Positions 62,087-64,000 of a stretch of DNA of 64,000 nucleotides are shown here, one piece after another. The position numbers and the translations under genes were made by a program. How positions within the stretch are numbered: the stretch's first letter is position 1; each line of letters opens with the position of its first letter. Source of the stretch: Okamejei kenojei (Eukaryota); NCBI GenBank assembly GCA_035221665.1, contig CM069157.1:30256001-30320000 (forward strand), in the 5' to 3' direction. Under the pieces are notes generated by a model. It ran no database searches. It worked only from the letters and a program-made list of their open reading frames with translations, and was not told the origin of the DNA.

Positions 62087-62433
62087 ACGGCATGAAATCA
62101 CAGAGCTTTGAAATCTTCACGGAATCACTCATGTGACTCTGAAGTAAAATAGTAAGATTAAACGAGAACTTACCAGTTTGAAGTTTGATCTTTATTTTAT
62201 GAGGAGTTACGATGAGCGATTACGTGCCCACCGCTCCTGGCCCTCAATATCATAAAAGTCAACTGGAAGGTCTGGTTTATGTTACTTCAGTTTCTGTGAT
62301 CTGTGATTTCACACTGCTGCTTTGAAGAATGACACGCATGCGGACTGGCGGGGTCTTCACGTAATCGCTCATCGTAACTCCTCATAAAATAAAGATCAAA
62401 CTTCAAACTGGTAAGTTCTTATTTAATCTTACT
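62087..62433 (+). repeat. DIRS ICR and right-terminal complementary structure
   Basis: 76-bp inverted repeat with 2 mismatches; TGAAATCACAGA (~62093) is complementary to TCTGTGATTTCA (~62300). Confidence 0.85.
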
Positions 62434-63054
62434 GTTTTGTCTTTAAATCGGGCCCGCAAATAATACAGTGAAAGAAATCGGAGAAGTAGTTTTGAAAGAA
62501 TAATGAAAATATCAAGACAATGGGAAGAGCAACATTTTGAAGGAAAGGATTTCCACTGAGATAGCTCAGATCACAAAAAAACAACATAATAGTTGACACT
62601 TCAAAGACACGAAATGTCATGTAAATTCATCAGAGAAAGGAAATGAATGACATAAACAGTTGCAACGTATCCTTTTCACCTCTTGAATCTGTCTTTGAAT
62701 ACAGCTAAAGAGTTTGATTGATAATTTTCTTACTCCATTGCCTGCTGAGCTAATGACACCCAGTTATTGCTGCATTGAAGTCTATGAGCATCTAGAAAGT
62801 GCCAATGAAAATAAAGCAAAATAAGTCTGGGACAATTTTTGATTTTTTAAAATTCTGGGCTGTCATAAAGGATTGTCAGCTTCTCTGAATTTTAATGATT
62901 TTAGCGGTAATGCGATGGTTCATCCTGAGTGAACACGAGCAACTGTAGTTTGAAAACCTGAAACTAGTGTGGCTGGGGTAATAACCACTCTGCATTATCA
63001 AGAGTCAGGGGTGTTTAATGGTTTTATACACCAACAATGGAACAATAAAATCCA

Positions 63055-63725
63055 GCTCATGTTTCGCTTGGACAGCTTACATCCCAGCAGTATGAAAATT
63101 GCCTTCTCTTGCTTCAAGTAACCCTTGCTTTCCCTCTCTCTCCAATCCCAGTTTTCCGACTAGTTTCACTGTCCTCCTGAGTAAATTTTACTGATCGTAT
63201 GCCTCGTTGTCACCTTCCCCTCAGCTAACAATGATCCATTTTACAATTTCCTTGATCACCCTTTGATTTCCTTTGATCACACCTTACCCTTCAATAGCTC
63301 TGTGTCTCCCACTCCCCTGACTCTCAATCTGAAGAAGGCTCTTGATCCGAAACATTCCAAAGATGTGCAGGTTTGTAGGTTAAATGGTCTCTGTAAATTG
63401 TAAATGTGTAGAACTAGTTTACTGGTGATCGTTGGTCGGTGCAGTCTCGGGGGACCAAAGGGCCTATTTCTCCAAAGAAAACTAAACTAAACTAAGAATT
63501 ATGGAGGAAGGAACTGCAGATGCTGATTTACACCAAAGCTAGACACGAAATGCTGGAGGTTTTTGTGGGTTTGTAAGTCAATTGGCCTCTGCAAACTCCC
63601 CCCATTGTGTCGGGAGTGAATGAGAAAGTGGGATAACATAGAACTAGTGTGAATGGGTGATTGATGGTTGGCATGGACGCGGTGGGCCGAAGGGCCTGTT
63701 TCTATGCTATACATTTCAATCAATC
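63055..63725 (+). mobile_element. PLE 3'/pLTR remnant (63055-63355) followed by HE1 SINE pieces and a minus-strand pLTR tail piece
   Basis: LMFRLDSLHPSSMKIAF; CTGAAGAAGGCTCTTGATCCGAAAC at ~63329; SINE tails. Confidence 0.75.
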
Positions 63726-64000
63726 AAGAAGAGGGGAATGGGACGGATGGGATTGCTAGCGCTTGGAATTGCATGGGCATATTGGGCCAAATGGCTTCCT
63801 TCTGTGCTGTTTTAGGTAAGATCTGTTCTCGTGGTGTATTTATTACAACAGATATTCAATGGAGAAGCTCCACTTGGTGGTCTGAAGGGCCTGCTTCCAT
63901 GTTGTATTTTGCAACCAACCAACTGACCAACTGACCAACTGACCAATCAATCAATCGATCAATTAATTCACCCTTCCTCAGTCTTCCTTGTTGCCAGCCT

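Larger units (their letters stand above)
58103..62433 (+). mobile_element. DIRS-type tyrosine-recombinase retrotransposon, 5' end lost at the CR1 junction
   Basis: Order gag-like, RT, RNase H, MT, YR; terminal 76-bp inverted repeat 62151-62226/62358-62433. Confidence 0.95.

Overview
Repeat-dense, gene-poor vertebrate genomic DNA. The repeat repertoire (HE1-type V-SINEs with CR1/HER1 tails, a SacSINE1/DeuSINE remnant, Rex1/Babar tails) points to a cartilaginous fish, probably a skate or ray (inference). I recognise no host protein-coding gene. The main elements are two DIRS tyrosine-recombinase retrotransposons (1-4063, heavily decayed; 58103-62433, with gag/RT/RNaseH/MT/YR and an ICR-terminus inverted repeat), a 2.1-kb Penelope-like element (RT + GIY-YIG) plus fragments, a full-length Passport-like Tc1, an internally deleted hAT, a non-autonomous Helitron, two Harbinger MITEs, RTE, Rex1 and CR1 LINE fragments, about 20 SINEs and two probable solo LTRs. 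The most striking signal is a ~95-130 nt module from the Penelope pLTR carrying a minimal hammerhead ribozyme core (CTGAAGA-A-GGGTCTCGACCC-GAAACGTC). It occurs about 25 times, often as a stand-alone insertion with recurring endpoints, 12-14 bp TSDs and sometimes an inverted+forward architecture, i.e. a ribozyme-bearing non-autonomous retroelement. About 46-50.8 kb looks like low-accuracy (indel-rich) assembly. All family names come from motif recognition, not database searches, and most repeat boundaries are approximate.
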